Part shown: positions 40,478 through 50,395 of the stretch, piece after piece
Numbering within the stretch: the first letter of the stretch is position 1
Layout of the letters: every line of letters starts with the position of its first letter
Source of the DNA: Clostridiaceae bacterium
Lineage (GTDB): Bacteria; Bacillota; Clostridia; CAYPLH01; DUMO01
Assembly (NCBI GenBank): GCA_012839865.1
Contig: DUMO01000051.1
Span: forward strand, 162,008 to 226,007
Reading direction: 5' to 3'
DNA: 64,000 bases
Notes under the pieces: generated by a model
The model's input: the letters and a program-made list of their open reading frames with translations, nothing else
What the model was told of the DNA's origin: nothing
Databases searched by the model: none
Made by a program: the position numbers and the translations under genes

Positions 40478-40557
40478 TGCGCAGTTGAAATATATGCAGA
40501 ACAATAACAAATGGCTTTAAGAGCCTTGCTATGTTCTGCATATATTTCAACTGCGCA
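40478..40557. repeat. 26-bp perfect inverted repeat with a 28-nt spacer
   Basis: TGCGCAGTTGAAATATATGCAGAACA (40478..40503) and its exact reverse complement TGTTCTGCATATATTTCAACTGCGCA (40532..40557). The spacer holds a small inner hairpin, GGCT-TTAAG-AGCC. Confidence 0.9.
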
Positions 40558-40589
40558 ATCTGACATATTCAAAGCATCTTCACTTTTTA

Positions 40590-41060
40590 TTAATTCACAT
40601 CCCCCAAATAGAAGGAAGAATCTCTGTTTTCAATATCCTTCAACAAACCTGCCAGGGCTTTCGGGTAAAAACCCCAATTTTCAAGCGTGTCAAGAGGAAG
40701 CCATTCGATGCCCGCCTGCTCGTCATCAGGCGCAAGCCCTCCTCTTATCTCCTGTTCACCCCGGATTCGACAGTGAAAAAAGAATTCCACCCGGTGGGCG
40801 TCTTTGTCAACATCACTGAATTCGTGGTTTTTTCCTATGTATTCACGAATAAATTTAAGGCCGACTACTTCAACAGAAATACCCAGCTCCTCCAGGCACT
40901 CCCTTTTCACAGCACTGGCCAGGTCTTCTCCGGGATTTTGGCCTCCACCCGGCAGAACATAGCATTTGCTGCCATGCTTTATCTTCTTTATTGCCAGAAG
41001 CTTTCCATCCTTTATGATAATGGCTTTTGCAGAATTTTTTATGCTGTTCACAAAAATCAC
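40590..41060 (-). CDS. NUDIX hydrolase
   Basis: 156 aa with the Nudix box GGGQNPGEDLASAVKRECLEELG. 4-nt overlap with the upstream radical SAM gene. Confidence 0.85.
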   Translation of the reverse strand: MIFVNSIKNSAKAIIIKDGKLLAIKKIKHGSKCYVLPGGGQNPGEDLASAVKRECLEELGISVEVVGLKFIREYIGKNHEFSDVDKDAHRVEFFFHCRIRGEQEIRGGLAPDDEQAGIEWLPLDTLENWGFYPKALAGLLKDIENRDSSFYLGDVN

Positions 41061-42880
41061 CTCAACTGGTTTAATAACTTCTTTTTTCTTTCCACCATTT
41101 CATCAACCCTTTGCACATACTCTTCAACACTTTTTACGTTAAACACCCGCTCAATCCTGTTTTCTTCGGGGAACACAACCTTGGTGACCCCGCCTGCTCC
41201 CAGTGCAATAATTGTCTGTTTCTCTTCCATAATATGCACATTGTACAAGCACTCAAAACCTGGTTTGCAGTAGCCGGTATTCTCAAGGTTCCCCAATATT
41301 TTTTTCTGCCTGTACAGATAATATGGATGCATGCCCATTTTGGAAGCCGCTTCCCTTGCCGCATCAACCATGCCTGAAACAAGTTCGCTTTTTCCAAGTT
41401 CATAATCATCCAGATATTCATTAAGCCTGGAGGCTCGTTTTATGGACATGGTATGCACAGTAAGGCTTTCAGGGTTCAGTTTTTCTATTTCATCAAGGGT
41501 ATTGTGAAACATTTCAAGGTCCTCCCCGGGGAGACCTGCAATTATGTCCATGTTTATATTTTGAAACCCTTTTTCCCTGGCAAGCCAAAATGTTTTTATT
41601 ATATCCTCCGGGGCATGTGACCTGCCAATTACATTAAGGGTTTCTTTATTCATGGATTGCGGGTTTATGCTGATTCTGGTCACTTTGCTGTTTTTAACAA
41701 CATTGAGTTTCGACCCGTCAATGGAATCAGGACGGCCTGCTTCCAGTGTAAACTCCTCTAAAGAGCCGTCACAAAAAACATCCTCTGTTTTTGCCAACAA
41801 CTCCATAAGCTGCTCTGAATTTATTGAAGTGGGAGTACCTCCTCCCATATATATGGTTTGTGCCTTAAGGGACAAATCTTTCAACAGGTGTCCAACCATT
41901 TCAATTTCCCTGGACAGGGCTTCCAAATACAAAGTTACGTAATCTTTGTACCTGCTGATTGGATTTGAAGTAAAAGAACAATAAAGACAACGGGTTGGGC
42001 AAAATGGTATGCCAATGTAAATTCCAACCTTGTCCTTTTCCGATTTATCAAGGATAGGTTTTTCAACCAGGGCGATATTATATGCAAGTCTTGATTTTTC
42101 ACCGCTAACCTCAAAGTATTGGGTAAGCTTTTCTAAAATCCGGCTTTTCTCATGCCCTTTTTCAATCATTTCATGCACAATTTTGGTGGGCCTTATGCCT
42201 GTGAGCATACCCCAGGGAAGCTCCTTCCCTGTTGCCTTTTTCAGAGTCAGGTAAGTCACCCTTTTAAGCTCTCTTTTTATGCTTTTGGACAACTCAAGTC
42301 TTTCGCTTGAAACAACTACACTATGCTCTAATTTCGACTCATAAGATTCAAAATAATCATTTTCCCTGTTTTCACCGGTGCGGGCAGCAACAGGCGTTTT
42401 CCCCCGGGCCGGGGATTCAGAGATTTCTTTTTCTCCGCTTTCATCATAAAAAAATATGTCAGAGGAAACATTTTTTTGCACCAAAACCTCCTGCCTTGCA
42501 ACGGTTTTATTGCAAAATTCCAGGCTGGCTTCAACTTTAAACTGACCATTTTCCTCCCTTATACCGCTGGACATGGATAATCCCTGAAAACCATCAATCT
42601 TTTCAGCCTCTGCCTTTTCAAAAAACATGTCTTCAAAAAAAAGTCTCAAAACGTCACAAATTTCGTTCTCGTATTTATGACCTCTCAAACTGACTAAAAT
42701 TGCAGTTCTTTCTTCATCGTCATTATTTGCGCCATATGTGAGGGAAAAGAGTTGAGATATTGGCGTATCATCTGACATATCAGATAAGTGCCTGTTTGGA
42801 AGCTTTTTTGAATACCCGAATATGCATTTTTCCAATCCTGAATTATCTTCCTTTTTTCCTGTTTTATTGAAATTATTCAT
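41057..42880 (-). CDS. HemZ-like radical SAM protein (coproporphyrinogen dehydrogenase family)
   Basis: Radical-SAM motif IGIPFCPTRCLYCSF. HemZ-type N-terminal segment (LRGHKYENEICDVLRLFF). The start is uncertain: ATG 42880 or 42889 avoids a long overlap with the upstream MBL gene, whereas the track start is 42958. Confidence 0.8.
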   Translation of the reverse strand: MNNFNKTGKKEDNSGLEKCIFGYSKKLPNRHLSDMSDDTPISQLFSLTYGANNDDEERTAILVSLRGHKYENEICDVLRLFFEDMFFEKAEAEKIDGFQGLSMSSGIREENGQFKVEASLEFCNKTVARQEVLVQKNVSSDIFFYDESGEKEISESPARGKTPVAARTGENRENDYFESYESKLEHSVVVSSERLELSKSIKRELKRVTYLTLKKATGKELPWGMLTGIRPTKIVHEMIEKGHEKSRILEKLTQYFEVSGEKSRLAYNIALVEKPILDKSEKDKVGIYIGIPFCPTRCLYCSFTSNPISRYKDYVTLYLEALSREIEMVGHLLKDLSLKAQTIYMGGGTPTSINSEQLMELLAKTEDVFCDGSLEEFTLEAGRPDSIDGSKLNVVKNSKVTRISINPQSMNKETLNVIGRSHAPEDIIKTFWLAREKGFQNINMDIIAGLPGEDLEMFHNTLDEIEKLNPESLTVHTMSIKRASRLNEYLDDYELGKSELVSGMVDAAREAASKMGMHPYYLYRQKKILGNLENTGYCKPGFECLYNVHIMEEKQTIIALGAGGVTKVVFPEENRIERVFNVKSVEEYVQRVDEMVERKKKLLNQLR

Positions 42881-42881
42881 T

Positions 42882-43502
42882 TTAAACATTCCTGAAATAT
42901 GGGTTGTGCTGCTTTTCATATCCGATAGTTGATGAACGTCCGTGGCCTGGGTACACAATCAAGCTGTCATCTAAAGTAAACAGCTTTTCCCTGGCGGATT
43001 TTATCAGCTCATCATAATCACCGCCAATATCGGTTCTTCCTATCGACCTGAAAAAAAGCGTATCTCCGGTAAAAACCCAGTCTCCTGCCTTAATGCATAT
43101 GCCTCCCGGCGAATGCCCGGGAGTATGTATTATGTTCAATTGATTACCGCCCAAATAAAGTATGTCACCATCGTTCACCATTACGTCTGCCGGATTGAAT
43201 GCGATGCTTTCCCCAAAAAAAGTCTTTGAGCCGTTATAATCAGGATTTACCAATCCAATCGCATCATCTTTGTGTATAACAACCTTGCCACCGGCTTCAT
43301 TCTTTATTTCGTCCACCGAAAGGATATGGTCAATATGCCCGTGGGTAAGGATAATATATTTCAAATTAATATTGTTCCCCTTCAAAACATTAAGTATATC
43401 TTTTGCCGGATTGCCTGCATCAATAACCGCTCCTTCCCCGTCCTGCCAAAGTATATAGGTGTTTGATGCAAACATGCCCCTTTTTAATATGGCCAGTTCC
43501 AA
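42882..43502 (-). CDS. MBL-fold metallo-hydrolase
   Basis: 206 aa. Metal-binding motif ILTHGHIDH, then HTPGHSPG and a later GD. Confidence 0.85.
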   Translation of the reverse strand: MELAILKRGMFASNTYILWQDGEGAVIDAGNPAKDILNVLKGNNINLKYIILTHGHIDHILSVDEIKNEAGGKVVIHKDDAIGLVNPDYNGSKTFFGESIAFNPADVMVNDGDILYLGGNQLNIIHTPGHSPGGICIKAGDWVFTGDTLFFRSIGRTDIGGDYDELIKSAREKLFTLDDSLIVYPGHGRSSTIGYEKQHNPYFRNV

Positions 43503-43680
43503 TTTAATATCCTCCCTTTAGCCTTCCGTCGGCATTTTGGTTCTATCCCTTCTGCTGACAATTTTAAAATCTCCTTAATATTCCATACTTGTTTGCCGAC
43601 CTTTTAAATATTTTATGAATGTTTCTATTTACTGTATTAACCGACTCCGCCTTACTGTTTTCGCCATTCCACCAACGCTT

Positions 43681-44133
43681 TCAAAACTCCTTTTTACTGT
43701 CCAGCAACAGCGTAACCGGTCCGTCATTATTTATTTCAACAAGCATTGAAGCTTGAAATATTCCCGTTTCAACTTTAATATTAAACTTGCTTCTCACATA
43801 TTCGACAAATTTTTCGTAGATTGTTTTCGCATCTTCCGGTTTTGCAGCTTTTGAATAACTGGGTCTTCTTCCTTTCCGGCAATCCCCGTAAAGTGTAAAT
43901 TGTGAAACAACCAGAAGAGAACCTCCAACATCAAGCACCGACAAATTCAACTTTCCGTTTTCATCGTCAAAAACCCTTAAGTTTACAATCTTTTCCGCCA
44001 TGTATTCAATATCGCTCTGGGAATCATCATCAGAAACACCCAACAATACTACAAGACCTTTATCAATTTTGCCGGCAACCTGGTCCGCCACCAAAACCCT
44101 GCTGCATGTAACTCTTTGCACTACTGCTCTCAT
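43681..44133 (-). CDS. dtd: D-aminoacyl-tRNA deacylase
   Basis: 150 aa. MRAVVQRV..., SQFTLYGD, and GPVT near the C-terminus. Confidence 0.92.
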   Translation of the reverse strand: MRAVVQRVTCSRVLVADQVAGKIDKGLVVLLGVSDDDSQSDIEYMAEKIVNLRVFDDENGKLNLSVLDVGGSLLVVSQFTLYGDCRKGRRPSYSKAAKPEDAKTIYEKFVEYVRSKFNIKVETGIFQASMLVEINNDGPVTLLLDSKKEF

Positions 44134-44177
44134 TTAAAATTCCTTCCTGATAATGTTGTTATCCAAAACTATTGACT

Positions 44178-46361
44178 CTATCTTTTCTTTCTTGTAACCT
44201 GGAAAACTCCTACAATTCGTTTAAGCTTTTTTATTATTTTGTCAAGCTGCTGTGTATTTGTAATTTCCAGGCTTATGTCAATGATTGCAATTTGTTCCCT
44301 GGTGGTTCTTGCGTTGATTCCCTTGAGAGGTATTTTATCCTCCCCGATAGTATTGGAAATATCCATGATCAAAGATGTACGGTCATTGGCCAAAAGGTTT
44401 AAATCCGCTAAATAGGAAGCATTTTCAACAGTATTCCATCTAACTTCAATTATTCTGTCTTCTCCTATATTACGGTCGGCCATATTGACACAATCCGCAC
44501 GATGTACTGACACTCCTCGTCCCCTGGTTATATAGCCGACTATGGCATCCCCCGGAACCGGATTGCAGCAATGGGCAATTCTTACAAGACAATTATCAAT
44601 ACCTTTGACAATAATGCCATTTTCAGAGGCCTTCTTTTTCTTTTGCTCTTCTTTAAGAAGTTTTTGAGGATCTGCAGCCTGTGGCTCCGTTTCTTCTTCC
44701 TTTACAAATTTCCTGTACTCTTCCTTGAGCCTTGAGATTACCTTGTTGGCAGTTATACCTCCATAGCCTATTCCGGCATATAAATCATCCAGGGTCTGGA
44801 AAGTATACTTTTTCAGAACAATCTCCACCCATTCAGGCTTGAAGAGCTCTGCATGGGTCAATCCGTGTTTCTTTAGTTCTTTTTCCACCAATTCCTTGCC
44901 ACGTAAAATATTTTCTTCCCGTTTTTCTTTTTTAAACCACTGGTTGATCTTGCTTCTGGCCTGGGAACTTTTTACAATCTTAAGCCAGTCACGGCTGGGT
45001 CCGGTTACATTGGCTGATGTAAGAATCTCAACAATATCACCATTTTTCAGTTTGTATCCTAAAGGTACTATTTTACCGTTGACTTTTGCACCCATCATTT
45101 TGTTTCCGACGGCACTATGGATTGCATAAGCAAAATCGATTGGTGTAGAGCCTGAAGGAAGGCTTTTTACGTCACCCTTGGGTGTAAATACAAACACCTC
45201 ATCGGTAAAAAGGTCAATTTTAAGGGTTTCCATAAACTCATCGGCATCCCGCATGTCCTTCTGCCAGTCCAAAAGCTGTCTGAGCCATGCCAGTTTGTTG
45301 TCAAGGTCGGTAACCTCGCTGCGTCCTTCCTTATATCTCCAATGGGCTGCGATACCTACTTCGGCAACACGATGCATTTCCCATGTCCTTATCTGAACCT
45401 CGAAGGGAATGCCTTCCCTGCCGATTAGAGTGGTATGCAGGGACTGGTACATATTTGGTTTTGGTACTGCTATGTAATCTTTGAATCTTCCCGGTATGGG
45501 CTTGTACAACTCATGCACCATACCCAGTGCGCTATAGCAGTCCTTTACGGTATCTACAATGATTCTGACGGCAAACAGGTCATAAATTTGGTCAAGGGAT
45601 TTGTTCTCCTTGTACATTTTGTTGTAAATGCTGTAAAAATGCTTTGGCCGTCCTTCAATAGCAGCTTTAATGTTAATCTCACTTATTTTCTCCGTGAGGG
45701 TTTTTATAATATCATTGATAAAGGCTTCTCTTTCCTGTCTTTTTTGGGCTATTCTTTCTACAAGGTCATAGTAGACAGCAGGCTCAAGAATTCTAAGGCA
45801 AATATCCTCCAGCTCCCATTTGATTTTGAAAATACCAAGACGATGAGCTATTGGTGCATAAATCTCCAATGTTTCCCTGGATATTTCGATTTGGCGGTCG
45901 AGGGGTTTGTACTTCAACGTCCTCATGTTATGAAGCCTGTCGGCAAGCTTGATAAGAATAACACGAATGTCCTTTGCCATGGCTAAAAACATTTTTCTGA
46001 AGTTCTCCGCCTGCTCTTCGGCTTTGGTTGTATAAGCTATTTTTCCGATTTTTGTAACACCGTCAACAAGATCTGCAATTTCCGTCCCAAACACCTGCTT
46101 GATCTTTTCATAAGTGCAGGTGGTATCTTCTATTGTGTCATGCAAAAGGGCAGCAACAATAGACGTAATATCCATCTCAAGGTCGGCAAGAATTATCGCC
46201 ACCTCAACAGGATGTGTAATAAAAGGATCCCCCGAAACTCTTTGCTGACCATCATGAGCAGATTTCGACAGGTTATATGCTTTCTCCAGCAGTTCGAGTT
46301 CGCTTTGGGTACAGCTATTCTTCAGTTTGGCAACCAGACGGTTGTAACCATCAGACATCAT
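44178..46361 (-). CDS. relA: Bifunctional (p)ppGpp synthetase/hydrolase (RelA/SpoT homologue)
   Basis: 727 aa. HD hydrolase domain (HPVEVA...LLHDTIEDT), RelA_SpoT synthetase (DLFAVRIIV...YKPIPGRFKDYIA.PK.N.YQSLHT), and TGS and ACT domains. Confidence 0.95.
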   Translation of the reverse strand: MMSDGYNRLVAKLKNSCTQSELELLEKAYNLSKSAHDGQQRVSGDPFITHPVEVAIILADLEMDITSIVAALLHDTIEDTTCTYEKIKQVFGTEIADLVDGVTKIGKIAYTTKAEEQAENFRKMFLAMAKDIRVILIKLADRLHNMRTLKYKPLDRQIEISRETLEIYAPIAHRLGIFKIKWELEDICLRILEPAVYYDLVERIAQKRQEREAFINDIIKTLTEKISEINIKAAIEGRPKHFYSIYNKMYKENKSLDQIYDLFAVRIIVDTVKDCYSALGMVHELYKPIPGRFKDYIAVPKPNMYQSLHTTLIGREGIPFEVQIRTWEMHRVAEVGIAAHWRYKEGRSEVTDLDNKLAWLRQLLDWQKDMRDADEFMETLKIDLFTDEVFVFTPKGDVKSLPSGSTPIDFAYAIHSAVGNKMMGAKVNGKIVPLGYKLKNGDIVEILTSANVTGPSRDWLKIVKSSQARSKINQWFKKEKREENILRGKELVEKELKKHGLTHAELFKPEWVEIVLKKYTFQTLDDLYAGIGYGGITANKVISRLKEEYRKFVKEEETEPQAADPQKLLKEEQKKKKASENGIIVKGIDNCLVRIAHCCNPVPGDAIVGYITRGRGVSVHRADCVNMADRNIGEDRIIEVRWNTVENASYLADLNLLANDRTSLIMDISNTIGEDKIPLKGINARTTREQIAIIDISLEITNTQQLDKIIKKLKRIVGVFQVTRKKR

Positions 46362-46463
46362 ATCTTCCCTCTAACTTAAACTAAGAATACCGACATTAAT
46401 CAGCCTGCCATGTAAAAACCACAAATTCCAAATCGCATTCCCTGCACATTTTTGCGTATTGCA

Positions 46464-47009
46464 TCACAGGTGAACCACCGATTCCACCCTGTAATTTTTA
46501 AGTTTTTCCCTTCCCTTGAGAAAATCCAGTTCAATAAAAAACAAAAGTCCCACCACTTCTCCACCAAGAGATTCAACCAGCTTGATGTTGGCTTCTATTG
46601 TACCTCCGGTAGCCAGAAGGTCATCCACTATTACAACCTTTTGCCCGGGTTTTACTGCATCTGCATGCATCTCAAGAGTACCGGAACCGTACTCAAGCTC
46701 ATACTCGATTTTTACAGTCTTATATGGAAGCTTTCCGGGTTTTCTGATAGGTGCAAATCCAATTCCCTTTACAAAGGAGATCGGTGCGCCAAATATAAAT
46801 CCCCTTGACTCGGGAGCAATAACCAAATCGACTTCGGGAAACGCATCAATCTTTTTAATCATCAAGTCAAGTGCTTTTCTGAAGGCTTCCCCGTCCTGAA
46901 GAACAGTCGTAACATCGATAAAATCAATGCCTTCCTTCGGAAAATCCATTACATGCCTTAACTTGGATTTTAATTCTTCAATAATTTTCAACTCAGATTT
47001 TAAGTCCAC
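46464..47009 (-). CDS. apt: Adenine phosphoribosyltransferase
   Basis: PRPP motif VVIVDDLLATGGT and N-terminal DFPKEGIDFIDVT. The preferred start is GTG 47009 (VDLKSELK...) after GGAGGG, giving a 17-nt overlap with the recJ end. The track start is 47072. Confidence 0.9.
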   Translation of the reverse strand: MDLKSELKIIEELKSKLRHVMDFPKEGIDFIDVTTVLQDGEAFRKALDLMIKKIDAFPEVDLVIAPESRGFIFGAPISFVKGIGFAPIRKPGKLPYKTVKIEYELEYGSGTLEMHADAVKPGQKVVIVDDLLATGGTIEANIKLVESLGGEVVGLLFFIELDFLKGREKLKNYRVESVVHL

Positions 47010-49539
47010 AAAAAATCCCTCCAAGAAATTCTTTATAACCTTCGAGTCTATTATAAACAATAGAATCAGCAAGGTTTACTTTTTTACTTTCAGAAATTTT
47101 TACCGTTATCGATAAATAGCCTGAATATTCGCACTTTATAAGTCCCAGCTCTTCAAAAATCTCAAGGCATTTTTTCACTTTGAAAAAATTCATATTCATG
47201 CCGTAATTATTTGAAACAGCTTTTGCAAATTGAAAAATATCATCTATAAGTATAGTATCTGTTCTATACTTTTTCAACTGGCGATACACTGCTTCCAAAT
47301 CTTCTCTTACAGGAATGGCTTCCAGAAGTTCCCTGGCGCATTCCGGCTCACAGGCCGTCAAAACAACTTCAGTGCCTCTGCATTTTTGCGTGAGTTTGCT
47401 TATGTACGCTTCACCAAGCCAGTTACCATAAAATATAACACAATCATAATCTTCAAAGGAAGCCGTTTCAGGGTCAGGGTTCAATATTACTTTTATCCCG
47501 TTTATATCAAAAATACTAGAATCAGTATAACAGATTCTCATTTCCTTTTTAATACCTGCCAAAGGCATTCTCAACATTTTTTTAAAACTACGGATGCCGT
47601 AAAGTGAATTGGTGACTACAGCAGTCCTCTTTCCGGAGCCAATTGCATCCAGAACAATACTTGCCACTTTTTCAGGTTTGGCTGTCCCGATGCCCTGATG
47701 GCTTGCCAAAGATTCATCCGGGCCACGAAGGTTCATTTTTTCGGACCTTGCTTTTTCTAAGCCTTGAAGCGGGGGTTCCTCGAAATTCAAGTACCTGTCC
47801 AGGCTTTGATAAAAAGCATAATCAATGAAAAAATCGTCATTAATCCTGATATCCTTAAGGTTCAGTTGAATGCTTTCGGAATCATTCCACCTGTTTATTT
47901 CAAGGGAGCAAATTACGTCAAAAACTTTACTATTGCATATTTCATCGGCAATTTCACCCATGTTGAACCCTATTGCATCCGTACAAAAGTTTCCGTCCCG
48001 GAACTTGATGCGAATATGCCTGTTGCCCCCTACCCTCTTTACCTCTCCGGCTGAAATATTGCAATATTCAAATACGGGATTGGGATTTCCGCATCCAAAA
48101 GGTGCAAGAAGCTCCAGTTCTCTGATGCTTTCAATACTTATGTCCTCTTTTTCAATACTGACATCTACAAAAACCTTTGGAATAAGGTCCTGGCCTGAAA
48201 GGCGCATGTCTGCATATTCATTTATTTTTTCCCGGAACTTTTCAATATTTTCTTCCTTCAAGGTCAGGCCTGCCGCCAATTCATGGCCTCCGTAATTATC
48301 AAGCAGGCTCTTGCAATATTCCAGGGCTTCAAAAAGATTCAATCCCTCAACGCTCCTGCCTGAACCCCTTGCACAACCGTCTTCTACCGACAATACTATG
48401 GATGGCCGGGAATACCTCTCGGTTATTCTGGAAGCAACTATGCCTATTACGCCATGATGCCAGCCCTTCCCATACACAACAATTATTTTTTCCCTGCCAA
48501 GATCGATATGTGTCTCTATATACTTTACCGCTTCATTTAGTATATCCATTTCGGTTTCCTGCCGATAAGCGTTTTCATTGTTAAGCTCCCCAGCAATTTT
48601 TTGGGCTTCCGGTAAGTCTTCAGTGGTAAAAAGCTTCACTCCCCTGGCTGCATCTCCAATTCGACCTGCCGCATTAATCCTCGGTCCAAGGATGAAACCT
48701 GCCGACCAAGTGTTTAAAGGTTTTCCGGCAAGCCCTGTACTTTCAATAAGTGTCCTAAGCCCGGGATTTTTTGTGTTCTCCATCATTTTGAGTCCGTATT
48801 TTACAATTATTCTGTTCTCATCCACAAGAGGCACGATATCAGCCACCGTACCCAGGGCTACAAGGTCGAGATAGCCATTATGGACATCCTCCAGTCCCAG
48901 TGCAATTCCCATCGCATGTATCAGTTTATATGCAACACCTGCTCCCGACAACTTCTTAAATGGATAAGAGCAGTCCGGTTGTGCAGGATTAATCAGCGCA
49001 CATGCTGACGGAAGAGTATCCTTGCATTGATGATGATCTGTTATTATGATGTCTATACCTCTTTGGTTCAGGAAATCCACTTCGGAAACTGCCGTTGTTC
49101 CGCAGTCTACAGTAATGATGAGACTGTAATTTCCCTTAAGAAGCCTTTCAATTGCTCCCATTGAGAGGCCATACCCGTCGGTGTTCCTGTCGGGTATGAA
49201 ATAACTTATGTCGGCATTCAGCGACAGCAGAAAATCATAAAGAATGGATGTACTTGTAATGCCATCCACGTCATAATCTCCATATATCAGTACTTTTTCT
49301 TTCCTGTCAATGGCATCGAGAATACGGTCAACCGCTTTGTCCATACCTGCTAAAAGAAAAGGGTCGTGAAGGTCCGAAATGGAAGGATTGAGAAACTTTT
49401 TAATAAGGCTGGGATCCTCAACCCCCCTGCTTAAAAATACTTTTGCAAGCAGTTTGGATATTCCCGCCTCAGCCGCCAGCTCATCAATCCTGTCTTCCGG
49501 GTATATCCTGTAAATTCTCATTTTGCTATTTTGCAGCAC
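46993..49539 (-). CDS. recJ: Single-stranded-DNA-specific exonuclease RecJ (long form)
   Basis: 848 aa. DHH motifs IYGDYDVDGITS, TVDCG and IITDHH, DHHA1 with GGHELAAG, and a C-terminal extension. Confidence 0.92.
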   Translation of the reverse strand: MLQNSKMRIYRIYPEDRIDELAAEAGISKLLAKVFLSRGVEDPSLIKKFLNPSISDLHDPFLLAGMDKAVDRILDAIDRKEKVLIYGDYDVDGITSTSILYDFLLSLNADISYFIPDRNTDGYGLSMGAIERLLKGNYSLIITVDCGTTAVSEVDFLNQRGIDIIITDHHQCKDTLPSACALINPAQPDCSYPFKKLSGAGVAYKLIHAMGIALGLEDVHNGYLDLVALGTVADIVPLVDENRIIVKYGLKMMENTKNPGLRTLIESTGLAGKPLNTWSAGFILGPRINAAGRIGDAARGVKLFTTEDLPEAQKIAGELNNENAYRQETEMDILNEAVKYIETHIDLGREKIIVVYGKGWHHGVIGIVASRITERYSRPSIVLSVEDGCARGSGRSVEGLNLFEALEYCKSLLDNYGGHELAAGLTLKEENIEKFREKINEYADMRLSGQDLIPKVFVDVSIEKEDISIESIRELELLAPFGCGNPNPVFEYCNISAGEVKRVGGNRHIRIKFRDGNFCTDAIGFNMGEIADEICNSKVFDVICSLEINRWNDSESIQLNLKDIRINDDFFIDYAFYQSLDRYLNFEEPPLQGLEKARSEKMNLRGPDESLASHQGIGTAKPEKVASIVLDAIGSGKRTAVVTNSLYGIRSFKKMLRMPLAGIKKEMRICYTDSSIFDINGIKVILNPDPETASFEDYDCVIFYGNWLGEAYISKLTQKCRGTEVVLTACEPECARELLEAIPVREDLEAVYRQLKKYRTDTILIDDIFQFAKAVSNNYGMNMNFFKVKKCLEIFEELGLIKCEYSGYLSITVKISESKKVNLADSIVYNRLEGYKEFLGGIFCGLKI

Positions 49540-49682
49540 AGAATCACCTTGTATCTTTCATGTTTTATTTTATTGCACAAATCTATTTAAAACTATCGAG
49601 ACTGCCCAATGCATATAGGGTTTTATTTTTTCTGTGGTATGGAAATACGGTTAAGCTTGTTTGTCAAATCAGGGATAATTAT

Positions 49683-49714
49683 AAAAAAGCTCGATTTTCC
49701 TATCGAGCTTTTTA
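49683..49714 (-). terminator. Rho-independent terminator, probably the end of the rpsU transcript
   Basis: The - strand reads AAGCTCGAT-AGGAAA-ATCGAGCTT followed by TTTTTTAT, a perfect 9-bp stem. Confidence 0.5.
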
Positions 49715-49735
49715 TGTCATTAAATTTTTCGGTTC

Positions 49736-49758
49736 AGCTGATTGAATTTCAATCAGCT
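49736..49758. repeat. 23-bp perfect palindrome AGCTGATTGAA-T-TTCAATCAGCT
   Basis: Arms of 11 nt around a single central T. A T-rich stretch (CTTTCTTTTATT) follows on the + strand, yet no + strand gene ends here. Confidence 0.85.
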
Positions 49759-50022
49759 CTTTCTTTTATTCGGGGCTTAATAAAAGCATTTTTCCCCTTA
49801 TCAACTTTTCCTGCCCCGGCTTTAAACTCTTTTTCCGAGTCAACTTAGGAGGTTTTCTCAGGAATTTTTCTGCGGCAAAGTTTTTTATTTATACAGTAAG
49901 CATTCAGTGTTAAACCTTCTTCGAATTGCTTCTTTGCTGCGTTATGAGCCATGCACGATTTTGATACAACTCAAATTATACCTGCTTGTTGTACCGGTTG
50001 ATAAACAGCAGGCTTGAAAATA

Positions 50023-50199
50023 CTACTTAAATTTTCTTTTTCTTGCAGCCTCCGATTTTTTCTTTCTTTTTACGCTAGGCTTCAAATAATGCTCACGTTT
50101 TCTAACTTCAGCGAGGACGCCGGCTTTTGCGCATTGTCTTTTAAATCTCTTTAAAGCACTATCAAGAGACTCGTTCTCTTTAACCCTTATTTCTGCCAC
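50023..50199 (-). CDS. rpsU: 30S ribosomal protein S21
   Basis: Below the 60-aa cut-off of the ORF track. GTG start 7 nt after GGAGGGAGGG. Translation is (M)[57 protein letters not shown] (58 aa), the conserved S21 sequence. Confidence 0.9.
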   Translation of the reverse strand: MAEIRVKENESLDSALKRFKRQCAKAGVLAEVRKREHYLKPSVKRKKKSEAARKRKFK

Positions 50200-50294
50200 A
50201 TGCTTTCCCTCCCTCCGATGACTTCAATTGTGCCGGGAATAAGCTTGCCTTTAGTTGTACTCATTGGGAAAATGCTATACACAGCACATATTAC

Positions 50295-50323
50295 ATTATA
50301 TTGAATTATAAAATTCGTGTCAA
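50295..50323 (-). promoter_or_regulatory. Consensus sigma-A promoter of rpsU
   Basis: The - strand reads TTGACA-17 nt-TATAAT, with both hexamers perfect. The -10 box ends about 95 nt upstream of the rpsU GTG. Confidence 0.6.
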
Positions 50324-50395
50324 CTAGAATTTATTCGGACTTAAGCCTGCGCCAAACAGTTTGTTAAAGTTTCGGTGTAATTGACGCAATTCACA

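Noticed and set aside
49845-49952. 35-aa - strand ORF (MAHNAAKKQFEEGLTLNAYCINKKLCRRKIPEKTS) between rpsU and its likely terminator
   Set aside because: No Shine-Dalgarno precedes the ATG and there is no recognisable family. It may be a remnant of whatever followed rpsU, but there is not enough evidence to call a gene.
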